Shown here: positions 1-39,462 of the stretch, piece after piece | Position numbering within the stretch: the first letter of the stretch is position 1 | Layout of the letters: each line of letters begins with the position of its first letter | Assembly: GCA_002269645.1 (NCBI GenBank) | Contig: NIVC01001381.1 | Span: 85,220-149,219 of the forward strand | Reading direction: 5' to 3' | From: Macrostomum lignano | Taxonomy: Eukaryota | DNA length: 64,000 bases | Notes under the pieces: model-generated | What the model was told of the DNA's origin: nothing | The model's input: the letters and a program-made list of their open reading frames with translations, nothing else | Database searches by the model: none | Position numbers and translations under genes: made by a program

Positions 1-3000
1 CGTTCAATATCGGGCCCTCCCAGCGCGATTCACTAGCCAGAAACCGAACCAAATGTAGCGGTTCAGGTCGCAACAAATAGAAATGTGTTCTCGAAGCTGA
101 CTCTAACGTTTTCTTTCTAATAACGAGGTGTTTGTCTGATGCAGCGTAAACTAGGTTGTCACCAGACTCGGCTGCCGCCAGAGCAATCTCACCGGGCAAA
201 GAGTCCATGACGACTCGCCAAGCTCCAGTGTGCAAATTCGTTTTGAATATTTTGTAAGTTTTGTTGTCGTTGGGATCCTCTTTAGCAATGGAAAGATAGC
301 AGCCACTCGGCTGGAGAGTCCGCATATGACGCAGATGAATATGCAAAAGCACTGGACTTTGGCATTCAATTTTCTTCAGTTCGTTGCCCTCAAGATCGAA
401 CCACCAAACAGTTCCGTCTAAACGGTCGTCGAGTGACACGGCGTATATCTGGCCTGACTCGCACAGCATACCGAGGGCTAGCTGCACCTGCACAGTGCAC
501 TGGGTGAAGCTGCTGCCGCTATCAAAGCAGCTGTTCAGCAGTAGGATTCGAGCTGTACTGGCGTTGTCGTCCCGACAGCCGTTCAGAAGGCGCTGAATAT
601 TGCGCGACTCTTCCGCAAAGTGACGCAGGCGGCCGCACAAGTCGACAGCGAGGGCCAGGGAGCTGTGGCCAAGGCTGAGAGACGCCACGCGGATTGCGTT
701 GAATACTCGTTCCGCGTCAACTGCTGCATTCCAGTCACCTTTTTTGGACTCGTCGAGGTCTAGAAACAAGCGCAAGTCTCTCATCAGCTGGTAGCGAGAC
801 GAACTGGTCAGCCTAGCCTCCAGGTGAACCACATTGAAGGTCACTTCGCGATGGAATTCTTCAATACGACCGCTGCGTACCAGATGATAGGGCAGTTCGC
901 TCAGCTTCCTCAGGTTTAGCCGTCTGCTTCCATCGGCCTGCATCTGCAGAGTGTGTGGCTGCGCTGCCACTTGTCTGTCCGCTTCAGTCGGTGGCGCAAT
1001 GCCCTGAAAATTTCAGCAATTTTTTGGCTTAAAGTGCTTTCTACGACTAAAGTTCCATGTCCTTTTCATCTATCTCAAGATTGAGAGTAAGTCTTACTTG
1101 TCGAGATAATTTGGCAGCCAGATTTGCTGGACAATGGAACGGTTTCGCTTTTCCTGCCCAGACGCCCAGGAAGTAATCAGCCAGACGAGAGTGAGTCGCC
1201 CGGGCGTGAGCAGAATCCACGAACAGGTACTCACGCGCAACCTCCCAGAACTGCCTGTGGTACCAGAACAAAACTCTGCTGGCGTCGGCCTCTCTCTCGA
1301 CAAGGTAGTCACCGATCTCGTGTCTCAGTCGCGTCCAGCAAAGTGGCGGCACTCAAATGAACGGCGGCAGGTGATGCGCGAATATCTCGCCCAGCACGTC
1401 CTCATCTAGAGACAGGAGGTCTTCCATTTCAACGTCGCTCAGACCGTTTCTAGACGCTGTGATGTAAGACAGCGAGTGGCGCACTAGCAGGGTGCCAAAC
1501 TGCTTCTCCAGTCGACCGAAAAAGTGAATGATGGCGCCTCGAACTGTGTGCTGTAGACTTTCAATTGGCGTGTAGGATCGCCACTGCACAACCTCGTTGA
1601 ACATCAGAGTCATGAAGATTGGCAGGCTGCACTCATTGAATGCGCTTTGCACTAGTTTCCATTGCGACGCAGTTAGGCATCGCCCTCGCGTTTCCAACAT
1701 CTGCTGCACGATGCTGCAACACAGCGACGGCTCCAGGCCGCGAACCTCGATGAAAGCGTCCGCATCGTTTTCAAGCAGCCTCTGGCACGTGTCCAGAATT
1801 CCGTGCAGCTCTGGTAAGCAGCTCAAAACCAACTTCATGTTGTTGGGCAGTTCAGCTCGCAGCCAGTTCAGCGAGTGAGCTCCATCTGATGCATCCAGCT
1901 GATCCAATGAATCCAAGAGCACAAATATCCTGAAGTTCGAAGGGGTAAGAAAAAGGTGTAATTGGAAAATAAATCGAATGCTGCCATAGCCAAACTAACC
2001 TCCGTCCTTGTTGGCACAATGTCTCAGCCATGCGGTAGAAGTTCTCTACAAGATCGCGGAAGTCCTCCAGCGTCTGTAGCAGCTCGCTCTCCGATTGAGA
2101 CATAAATACCGCCATTTGCAGACAAATAGATTTCAGAGTCTGTCGAATGCTGGATGACGCTGGACTTGTTCCCAGAAATCTCATAAAAATCAGAGCCTCG
2201 GATCGCTGCGACTGGGGAAGCCAGTCTCTGATCAAGACTCCGGCTCTCGCTAGCACGGATGTCTTGCCGCTGCCTGAGCAGCCGTAGATCACAACAGGGC
2301 GAGTTGACGGCCCCATCAGTTGGCGTTTCACAGCTTCCATGCAGCTCTGCCGACCTTGAAACTGTTTCACATAGCTCACACACTGGTGTGAGTGCTGCAG
2401 CACCTCTGTGTACAGACTGTCCGACTCCAGGCCAGACAGCTGATTCATGCCTCGATCGATCAACCGGCGCAGCTGAACCTCGAAATCGACCGCCAGCCGA
2501 CCTTCGTAGTCCGCGTCGCCTTTGGTGACGGAGCTCCAAGTTACTCGATGCGTGACAATGTTGTCGGCCGGCAGCACGGCAGGCAGCTGCTGCTCCTTCA
2601 GTCTCTGAAGTTTCTCGAATGTTGCCTCATCTAAAGTGCCATCAGACAAAGTCTGTACAAATCTCGACACTGTTGAATCACCCGCCGCCACCTGCTGCTT
2701 CACATCTTCGATCTCTCGGCAAAACAACAGTGCATCTTGCCTACGACTATCTCTGCACTGAAAGACACCGTGAACAAACTCCAGGTGAGTGACAGATGCC
2801 GAGTAGCGCAGCGCCTGGTCTGGGCTCATCTCGCCCCACTCGACCGCCTCCTCCGCAGCAGCCGAGACCGCATCGATCAGCAGTCTCTCCTCGCTCCACC
2901 AGCCAGCTCGGGCCTCCGCCGCCTTGACCTCATCTCCATTGGCTAGCGACTCCGGACTCTGGAAGACAAACACCGGGTCGTCCGTCAGGTTCTCGTCCAG

Positions 3001-4448
3001 GCGGTACCACTTGTGCAGCAGAGCAAGCGTCGTATCGCTGCCGCTACTTTTGATTCTTCGCACTATTATCTCCATCTCAGATTGCTGGACCTTGTGTGGC
3101 AGCTGTCTTGAGCCGTAGCGGTGGCTTAGAATCCCCTGATCAAAAATAAATTAATAGTTTTGGCGATTTGCTTGATAAAAGTAAAGCTTATTGGCAATAG
3201 TGACCAACCAAGAAGTGAGGGCCGATGGAAAGTCGCTGACAGTTCAGCAGCTCTGCTAAGCAAATTTCAGTAGCGGTCTGGTCAATGGTGGCTCCGTCTT
3301 GGATGCCCCATCGCATGTCGACAATCTGCAAGAAGATTATAAAATATAAATGCGCTGTTTGTTACTGGCTTATTTCAAGCATTATTGTCCGTTAAGTGTC
3401 GATATGTAAATATGCGAGCTATTTACGTTGAATGCAACTCCGTGCTGCTCGCGACAATAGCGCCTGAGCTTGGGATACACCTGGTTCATGATCACGTTTC
3501 TCTCCGTGTGCATGTCTGCAATCGGGAGGTTTTTATAGTTTTTGTATCATTGCTCAAATGTAAAAAGTTATATTATGATACTAACGAAAACAAGGACACT
3601 CAGGCGCAACGCCTTCGGCGACACCGCCCCACAACCAGCTTACACGGTGTGAATCGCTTGACAACCCCCTAGGCCAATTTTGCTCCGCCTATTTAAGCAG
3701 AGGTTGTTTCAGTCCTCCAGAACTCACCAGAGAAAGTGGAGCTCAGAAAGACTCGAACTGTTCTGGAATTTTTCTCCGGCAAATCTGACGCAGAGGACAA
3801 AAGATCGCCAGACATCAACCGACGAAAGACGTTCTGAGACTCGGACTCCAGCAGCAGCGCGGGAATCGCCTGGGTGAATCGCTTCACAAGAGCGGGCCTC
3901 CGACGGCGTTGCTGTCCTTCGGTGACGGCGGGTGCCTTCGCAGCGTCGGAGCCCCTTTGTAGAAGACGTGCCCTGTCGAGTTACGATTTAGATAAGGGTG
4001 GGGGTTCAATCTGCGATACCGTAGCTTACAGGGCTTTTCGATCAGTGCCTGTAAAGATACAAGACCATGCTATGGATACGCTATACACACAATAGATGAC
4101 TACGTATGCCGTATTTCTGCCCTAACAATCTGACATTTCTTACTATCAGGAATTCTGCACATTGCTGGGTTTTGGCTCTAGCGATGTATAATCAAATCAA
4201 ACTACAGCAACCAGGCCAAAATCCTGTGAGGTTAACAACAAACTAACTGGCATGAAATTTAACTTGAAAACTTTCCTGGGAAATCTGTGTGATGATTATT
4301 TAGTTAATTTAAGTTATTTTCTAATCCAGTTTGGACGCTAATCTCACCCAGACATCAACTTCGTCCATTTTGAAACTTTTGATTTAGCCGCCGCTGCAGG
4401 TGCCACTCGCTGGCTAAGCCGCTTCAATAATGATGGCCGTCGAGCCAT
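1..4448 (-). CDS. NACHT and WD40 domain protein (NWD1/NWD2-like), 5' portion; in-frame TGA at 1353-1355 (possible pseudogene or allele)
   Basis: Phase-consistent GT-AG exons (-): 4448-4348, 3972-3728, 3515-3427, 3325-3209, 3135-2000, 1929-1098, 1003-<1. DUF4062-type motifs [24 protein letters not shown] and [10 protein letters not shown]. Walker [10 protein letters not shown], Walker [12 protein letters not shown], later ADRQVAAQP and [11 protein letters not shown]. The last exon is open to the window edge. The 5' end could extend upstream (possible acceptor at 4527). Confidence 0.88.
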
Positions 4449-6000
4449 TGGGCCTCCGCTGCTTCCTCCAGTAGTGTGGCCGACCGCGGGAACAGTTGCA
4501 TCGCCACTTTCCTTTGTCTCTTCTTCCTGAAGTTTGCATAAGAAAACGCCCTTCATTTTAAAGTTTGAACTATATTACTTTATAATATTTAAGAAGCCTT
4601 TTAAATTTTCTTTAAATTTAAGAAAAGTTAAATATATAATATATTTTACTTTTATATTAAAGTAAAAATATTTTACTTGGGAAAATTGTAAGTATATAGA
4701 CTTCAGATCATAAATATTTGATTTGGAAGCCTTTACTTAGCAAACTAGTAATTTAGTCTTTAATTGGTATGCTTTAATGTTTACCTTTTCTGAATGATTT
4801 ATTGTGAAACTTTTTACTCAAAAATATACTAATAAAGTTAAAAATCACAACATACAAATAGGAATAGCAGCTTACAAAATTAATTGTAATTAATTTGCAA
4901 AATTAATTGTAATTAATTTGTAAAATTAATTGTAATTAATTTGTAAAATTAATTTAATATTAATATTACTATCTTTTTAAATATTTTATTTAAATATGCT
5001 TCTAGAATACAGAAAAGTTATAAAGATACATTATACAAATGATGCATGTTACATGAAAAGGAAATTGTTTGCAGCAAATTTTTATGTCTTATATTGCATA
5101 AAGCATACTGTACAATGAAACTAGGTCTAATATGCCTAATTCAAAAGGCTGTGAAAGTCTGGGAAAGACTGAAAGTTACTTTTACAAGCACAAATTTCCA
5201 AAACAGCCCAAAAGTTCTGATAAAAATCTGTTAAATTTGAAAAGCTGGAAATTTAATTGCAGGCTTATCAAATTTTAAAATTTAATTTTCTGGAACCTAC
5301 GGTTTCTACCCAGGTTAATTCATTAAGTTGAAAAATATGTTTGAAAAATTGCACAGGTGTTTTTTAGGAGTATGAAACGAAAAGTTAACATTAATAATTG
5401 CCATCTTCCTTATTATTGTATCAGTTTAATTTTGTTTCATTACATAGTTAATTTAACTATTAGAAGACTGATATCAAAGGCTTAGTCTCTTTCAGTCTTT
5501 ATCAAAGAATGATAGAAATACTTAGGGCTAAGCGTCATCAAGCCATAATAACTACGTAACTCGCAATTAACCTACCAATTATATTGATTTTGTGCCCACG
5601 TGCATGAGTTTAAGTTTTAAAGCGTCTTGGAAACGTAGTCTCCAAGTTTTATATAAATAAAACATAAACAGAAGTTAAGGACATTAAATAAAACTTTAGA
5701 TAAAATTGATTTATTGTGTTATGTTTACTTCAAAATTAACAATTTTTTTCTAATTTGTTTAGCTACGTACAATTATGCGGTATAGCAACATTTTCAAGCA
5801 AAGTAAAGTATTTAGTAAATAATGCATATAATTGTTCAGTTTTATTTACAAATTATATTTTCAAGATTTTTATTTTGTTCCCACTTTGACTAATATATAA
5901 GAAGCAAATAAATGGTTTCTAATTATTTGAATTCGCTTGCACATTACCCTGGAGACTTCCCTTGCCCATGCTATCGATCCAGACAGCATCAATTTAATGC

Positions 6001-6219
6001 TATAAAATAAACCGATGATTGATTTTGGCTGGCGATAAAGAAAACGAAGTTAGGGCGGTCGCAGCCCAGAATTCAGCTTTTTCTAACTTAAACACAGGTG
6101 AAAAGGTTGGGCGTTGGCGGAGAAATATTATTTGAGTACATTGTGCGTACAGTGAAAATAGAGAAAATAACTTATGGATGAAACAGGCGGCTAGCCTAGG
6201 CCAACTCATTTTTTCGACA
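6001..6219 (-). repeat. 3' LTR of the BEL/Pao element, preceded by a polypurine tract (6220-6240)
   Basis: On the minus strand GGGAAAAAGGAGGAGGAGGAG is followed by TGTCG. 6001-6095 matches 8794-8903 with about 4 substitutions and one short indel. Confidence 0.82.
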
Positions 6220-8780
6220 CTCCTCCTCCTCCTTTTTCCCACGAATTCGAAAGTCGTGGGAAAGGACAAAAAATAATGGCCTGAGGATTGAACCTCTAAA
6301 AGAATCAACGACTGGACTGGCCGTCTCACCCGTTCCCAGCGCCGGGAATTCCCAGCACCCGCAACGCGAAGAAGAACCGAACGGATAGCACCATCGCGGC
6401 CAGGACGCACTTCCTCGACAATACCCAATTTCCACTTGAGTCTTGTTGTCGAGATTCACATACCAGGAGAACCACTTCACCAACATTTGGTGGACGGTGG
6501 TTAGGTTTGATCCTTTAGGGCTTTCTCGCGCAGAAACTCTAAATAGGACGTCTTCCATTGGTTCCAAAACCACCCAGAGCTGCTCTAAGCATTCTAAGCC
6601 GTTTCGGAAGCGGTAGAACGGAGTCCGCCTCACCGTCGATATCTTCCGGTTCTTGGCTGAGACGACTAGCTGCAATGAAATGGGACGGTGTGATGACCTC
6701 CATACCATCGCCTGAATTCGAAGGTACATACAACAGCGGCCGACAGTTTACCACAGCTTCGATTTCCACACTTAGAGTATAATCAACTGGTCGTAGGTAA
6801 ACAGCTGTCGACCTGCAGCCTTTTTAGTGCCATTTTTACGATGCCAATTGCAGCATCCCAGAGGTTTTCCAGTAACCTCCCCACCACGGGGCTCGCTCGG
6901 GCACAAAATGCCAACAATTAATCTTCTTCGACGAACAGAACGACTGCAGCTCTTTTGAGATATTAGCGCCGATCAGTTTGGCGCCTGACCGAAATGTCAG
7001 GCGCCGAATCACTGACGACGGAGGGAATGCCTCTTCGAGCCACGAACCGACGCAGTGCATGCAGAAGCTGTTCGCTGTCCATACTCGAAACAACTTCCAG
7101 GTGAACGGCTCGAGTTGCTGAGCAAGTGAAGAGCAGGATGTACGCCTTTTTGCTCTCACCACCCTCCCCCCGTCCGATAGAATTTCGGACCAGCATAATC
7201 CAGTCCTACGGTACGAAAAGCACGAACAGTTGACAGACGGAAGGATGGAAGCTGCGGAACCGCTCGCACGGAAAACGGTCGCCCTTGAAACTTCTTGCAC
7301 ACAACATACCCCGTCAGTAACTGCTTCACACGCTGTCTCGCCTTTAAAATCGAAAAACGTTCACCTTAGGTGGATATTTTTGACGAGACGCGCCTTGAGC
7401 ACATATGCTTACGTGATGCTTGCCGGAGCAATCACGGCACTTCTGCGGATCGCGACTCTTCTCTTTTGCTAGAAATTGTCTACGCCTTTCAACGGTCGGA
7501 AACTCCATGCAATTTCCGAATAATGCGATGCTTTGCAATAGGTTCGTAGCGTCTGGTGCTTTCGGTTGCACTGCTACCAGTGTTGATTGATTGATTGCTA
7601 CCATTGACATTGATGCGTTTGAAGCTTGCTTTAAATCTGAATGAGATGCTTGTGAAGTTGACTTGTGGCTGAGCTGCGATCCAGCGGACTCCCGCACAGA
7701 AATTTCATTCTTGTAGTAATGTCGTCGTGAAACTGCTGAAGACACTTTAGAGATGAGTCCTGGAGACGAAGTTCAGAAATCTCCCCCGTGAATGTCGGAA
7801 TTTGCCTCTTGGGAAGCTTGATCTGCGACCCGGACTCTACGGAACGACTTTTGGCCGCTGACTCCTCCGGCGATTGTTGACTATTGAAAGCTGCTTCCAG
7901 CATCTTGATGCAGCTGATACACTTTATCGAATAAGCTTGATTCTCTTCCACTTCAGCATCCAGCCCCTCTTCAGCGACAGACTCCTCTATGGCTTCATCC
8001 AATGCTTGCACTGCCGTCAATTTCGACTTCAGAATCTGCACAATTTCCTCCGCATCCGCACGATTTGCAGCTCGACCAATATCCACGGAGAGAAGATGGT
8101 CAGCCTTTCCAACAGCCTTCGTGATCGCCGCGCGGATACCTGCACGCTTCCTGACTGCTGAAGAGCTCGTCTTCACTGAGACGACTTGAGACGTCATGAC
8201 GACTTGAATTTGGAGATGCTGCTAAAGCCAAGAACTCCCGACACTGAGAGCTTGAAGACGGCCAGCCCAAAAAAGAAGCAGACTGCAGGAAAACACTTCG
8301 AGTGAACACGAAGACAAGCGAATGCAAATAGCAAAAAAATACAAGTAAATTTGGTAAGACAAACTCTAAAATTCCAGTATATGAAGAATTTAACGATCAG
8401 CTATTAACTATACGTATAACTGTCAATAATGTTAACGAGATGCGCAAAAAAGACGTAATTTAAAAGGAGAAACAGTTACGATACTCAACAACGCAAGGAT
8501 GGTCGACTGTTCGACATCGATCAGAGAGAGAGCCTGGCTGAAGGTTGCAGCTCGTGGAACCCGAGGGACCGGAATACCGTTGACGGGACCACCGCTGCAG
8601 CGATTCGGAGGCCGCGAGCTGCTGGTTACTCCGACGACTGCGCTTCGCCGAAAGCCAACATAGTAGCCCCGTGCAGAACGCAACAGTTGGTGAAATATCG
8701 CTGCGCTAGAGATTCAGTGCAGTTGCACTAACTTGAGCTTCTGTAGGCCGCAATAGTTTTAACTAGTATGTTGTACTTTT

Positions 8781-8903
8781 TGTTCGGGCGCCATATAAAA
8801 TAAACCGATAATTGATTTTGACTGGCGACAAAGAAAACGAAGTTAGGCCGGTCGCAGCCCAGAATTCAGCTTTTATATTTTCTAACTTAAACATATTATT
8901 TTT
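8781..8903 (-). repeat. Truncated 5' LTR (8794-8903) and primer-binding site (8781-8793)
   Basis: TGGCGCCCGAACA (tRNA-Lys-type PBS) immediately follows the LTR copy on the minus strand. Homology to the 3' LTR stops at about 8903. Confidence 0.8.
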
Positions 8904-9271
8904 TCAACGAATCCAGGGTGACGTTGCAAGTGCTGTCGGTTGTTAGAGAAAAGTAAAGGTGCATCCACTTCAATGGACTAAGCAAAAGTCAAGGCCAATT
9001 TCGAAACCACATTAAAATCAATGCTAATTCACCTAAAAGCAGGAGTTTACGAGTATCATACTCTTTCAAAACATCAGGGGAAGGAAAAAGCTTTTTGAAA
9101 TCCAATAAGAGAAACAAGAGCAACTGTAAATTAATATTTCGTGTCCACAAACCAATGTCCTTTGCTTGTTGTAAGTGCAAGCCTGAGGCACTAAAATCTT
9201 AAGTGTTATTTACGAACGCATGGAAACAAAAACTAGAAAAGGTGGCACGCAATCGCACAGCACACCAACTA

Positions 9272-9866
9272 TACTGTCCGTCAAAAGTTCCGGAACCCTT
9301 GCTACGATGTCTTCTAGCGGACATAATTTCAGTCCGTTTCAATTGTAACTTGATTCAAATGAAAGCTGCGGATCTCAGCTCCATGATGTGGTCAAGAAAA
9401 AGTTTATTCGAAGGAGCGCGTGTGAACAGGCCAGTGTTATGTACATAAAGGTTAGAGAAAAAAGTGAGGAAAAGACAAACAAGCAATTGTCTATGGTTGC
9501 TGAGTCTATGGAGCAAACACACATGGGAAGGAATCGGTTTGCGCGCAGTGTTCAGCCTGGCTAACATTAGTCTATGGCCAAAACTTGTGTTGAAATCAAC
9601 AGGCTCTTATGGATTCTTGTGCAGTCAGCTTTCATGGGAGAGTCAATTGCTTGTTTGTCTTTTCCTCACTTTTTTTCTCTAACCTTTATGTACATAACAC
9701 TGGCGTGTTCACACGCGCTCCTTCGAATAAACTTTTTCTTGACCACATCATGGAGCTGAGATCCGCAGCTTGTATCATTTGAATCAAATTTACAATTGAA
9801 ACGGACTGAAATTATGTCCGCTAGAAGACATCGTAGCAAGGGTTCCGGAACTTTTGACGGACAGTA
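9272..9866. mobile_element. Tc1/mariner-type MITE (fold-back) with ~220-bp terminal inverted repeats
   Basis: 9272-9489 is the near-exact reverse complement of 9645-9866. TA dinucleotides flank both ends (9270-71, 9867-68). ~155-bp spacer; no transposase. Confidence 0.85.
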
Positions 9867-10960
9867 TACCAAGCCAGTTTATACATCGTCTATGACGTCC
9901 GTAATGCCGGCATTTGGTTTGTACCTCATGCTGACGGCAAGGACCACTAGGAACACTTCGTTATACATAAATCTAGTAGTCCTTGGGTGACGGTCTCTAC
10001 GCCTCGGTCCCTCCGACCCGAAAAGGCCCTCCGACAGCGAAGGACCGCGAGCTTTCCAAAAAAAGATGTCTGAAGAATAGCAGTCGGTTTCATGCAGAAC
10101 CTTTGTTATAATATGGACTGTATATGAGTAGTACGACCCTTCCTCGCTCTCATCTTGTATAATCGCACCAAATTATTGCCTGGTACATCTAGAGCTAAAT
10201 AGAAATGCTGTTTTTAGGAGTCCCTGCCCAGACGACGAACCTACGAACCTAACGCTTCATAAACTTTTGAAATGCGTCAGGTATTATATAGGCTTATACC
10301 TTAGGCAAATGAAGAACGTCTCTGAGACACGTCAGATTCGCCTGCATGACCTCTATATATATGTTACTTGTTAGTTCTCATGTTGCTAGCTAAACAATCA
10401 CATGAAATAAATTGGATATCAAAGCAATTGTTTACAAATCAATGAAAATTAATTGTGCCACAAAATTTTACAGAGCTGTGGAGTAAAACAATTCTTACGT
10501 ATACCTGTAGACCAAAATGCATTACATGTACATCCAGTTGACTTAAAAGTCACGAAATGACGCAACGCAAAAACTTGTTTATATCCGAGTAAGCATGAAA
10601 TTAGCTAAATGAAAGTCACACAGCAATAGCTGGAAGCGCATATTTACAAATTAAATTCTTACGCATAATACCAAAAAATTAACAAAATGAATAACATACA
10701 CGTACACTACGGCTCGCAGTGAGTCGAATTGATTTGAAGTTGCATTTAAACTTGCACAAAAACTTTTGCAGGCAGCTGTTGGTGCTTCATACTATGTACT
10801 AATACACTGCAGGCGCCTCTGAATGCATATTTTATGAGCATGTTTTAGAAATGACTATATTTTATGACTTATTATGACTGGCAGGGAGTAGAATGAGAAA
10901 TCGATTAACAGGAAATACGTTTTCCGAAAATTATTTCGTCTTGGAAGCTACTTTGAGCTT

Positions 10961-13541
<2,581 letters not shown>

Positions 13542-13654
13542 TTAAAGCGGTCTCTTTATCTGTGCATGAGCGAGCCTTGCAACTCTCTCTCCCTCTCTAT
13601 TTTGCTCAGCCCAATGTCTCCCGTCCCTGACCCCAGCTCTACCAATGCCAAGCA

Positions 13655-15661
<2,007 letters not shown>

Positions 15662-16580
15662 TTAAAGCGGTCTCTTTATCTGTGCATGAGCGAGCCTTGC
15701 AACTCTCTCTCCCTCTCTATTTTGCTCAGCCCAATGTCTCCCGTCCCTGACCCCAGCTCTACCAATGCCAAGCACTACACAATAAGCGATACTGCAGTGT
15801 GTAGCCCTGTCTGCCCCAGCACACACTCAGGCAAGCGCTTATCGATAGAATATTTGACTATCTTACACAGCAGCTAATCCACGCCCACAGATCTACATAA
15901 TGGACTCTTATCGATTGAATTTTTATCCAACCCAGCAACACCTGCAGCACCCCCAATTTCTTTCTCCAATATAAAATTTTGCATCCAAAGTCCAAGCTAT
16001 ACTACTGCTCAACCGGTCATAGCCTAGCTATCAAATGAGAACAGTTTCAAAAAAATCCCGAACTCAACTACCAAAATCCCCCCCCCCCGCGTGTGGGCGG
16101 AAATGCGCCATTAGCACTGTCTCCCACTGCACTGACATTAAACAAAAACGCTACGTCAAAACTACTCGTACTTATTGCTGAAAATCGCTGAGTAGTGCGA
16201 TTGTGTATTAATAGTAAAATTAATGTGCTTTAGTGATTAATAAATATTTCAGTTTATTTAAAGACTTTAGAGCTACTGAGTCATGATTAGTAGTATAAAA
16301 AAATCTGAAATATAAAAACAATAGTAGGGCCTACTCAACAAACATCGGAAATAACAAATAGAATCGGGATAAAAGTTGAAAAGTATTTCTAGAATAAGAC
16401 TTGGGGGCAGGGTCCTGCAAATATTCAACTCTTACTTCACATGGCAAATATAGTTAATTTATTCGAGCAAAACAAAACTAAGACTGCATCAAATTTAAAC
16501 ATGAAGACAAATATAATCAGTTTATCAATTATATAAAGTATGTTTTCGATACATATCGGCACACAGGGCTCAATCGCTAA

Positions 16581-39462
<22,882 letters not shown>

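Larger units (their letters stand above)
6001..8903 (-). mobile_element. BEL/Pao LTR retrotransposon, internally deleted and non-autonomous
   Basis: Gag DUF1759-like KLPKRQIPTFTGE (ORF 7631-8197). Zn knuckle CRDCSGKHHVSIC. Integrase pieces YILLFTCSATRAVHLEVV...LRRFVARRG, APWWGGYW and EIEAVVNCRPL. DUF5641-like GRDGAIRSV...RRPVQSLILLE. No recognisable protease, RT or RNase H; frameshifts present. Confidence 0.9.

Noticed and set aside
1353-1355. Selenocysteine recoding of the NWD TGA
   Set aside because: The homologous residue is expected to be Arg, not Cys. NWD proteins are not known selenoproteins, and the 3' UTR is outside the window.
8989-9180. Possible transposase remnant next to the MITE
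   Set aside because: 63 aa with no recognisable DDE or HTH motif.
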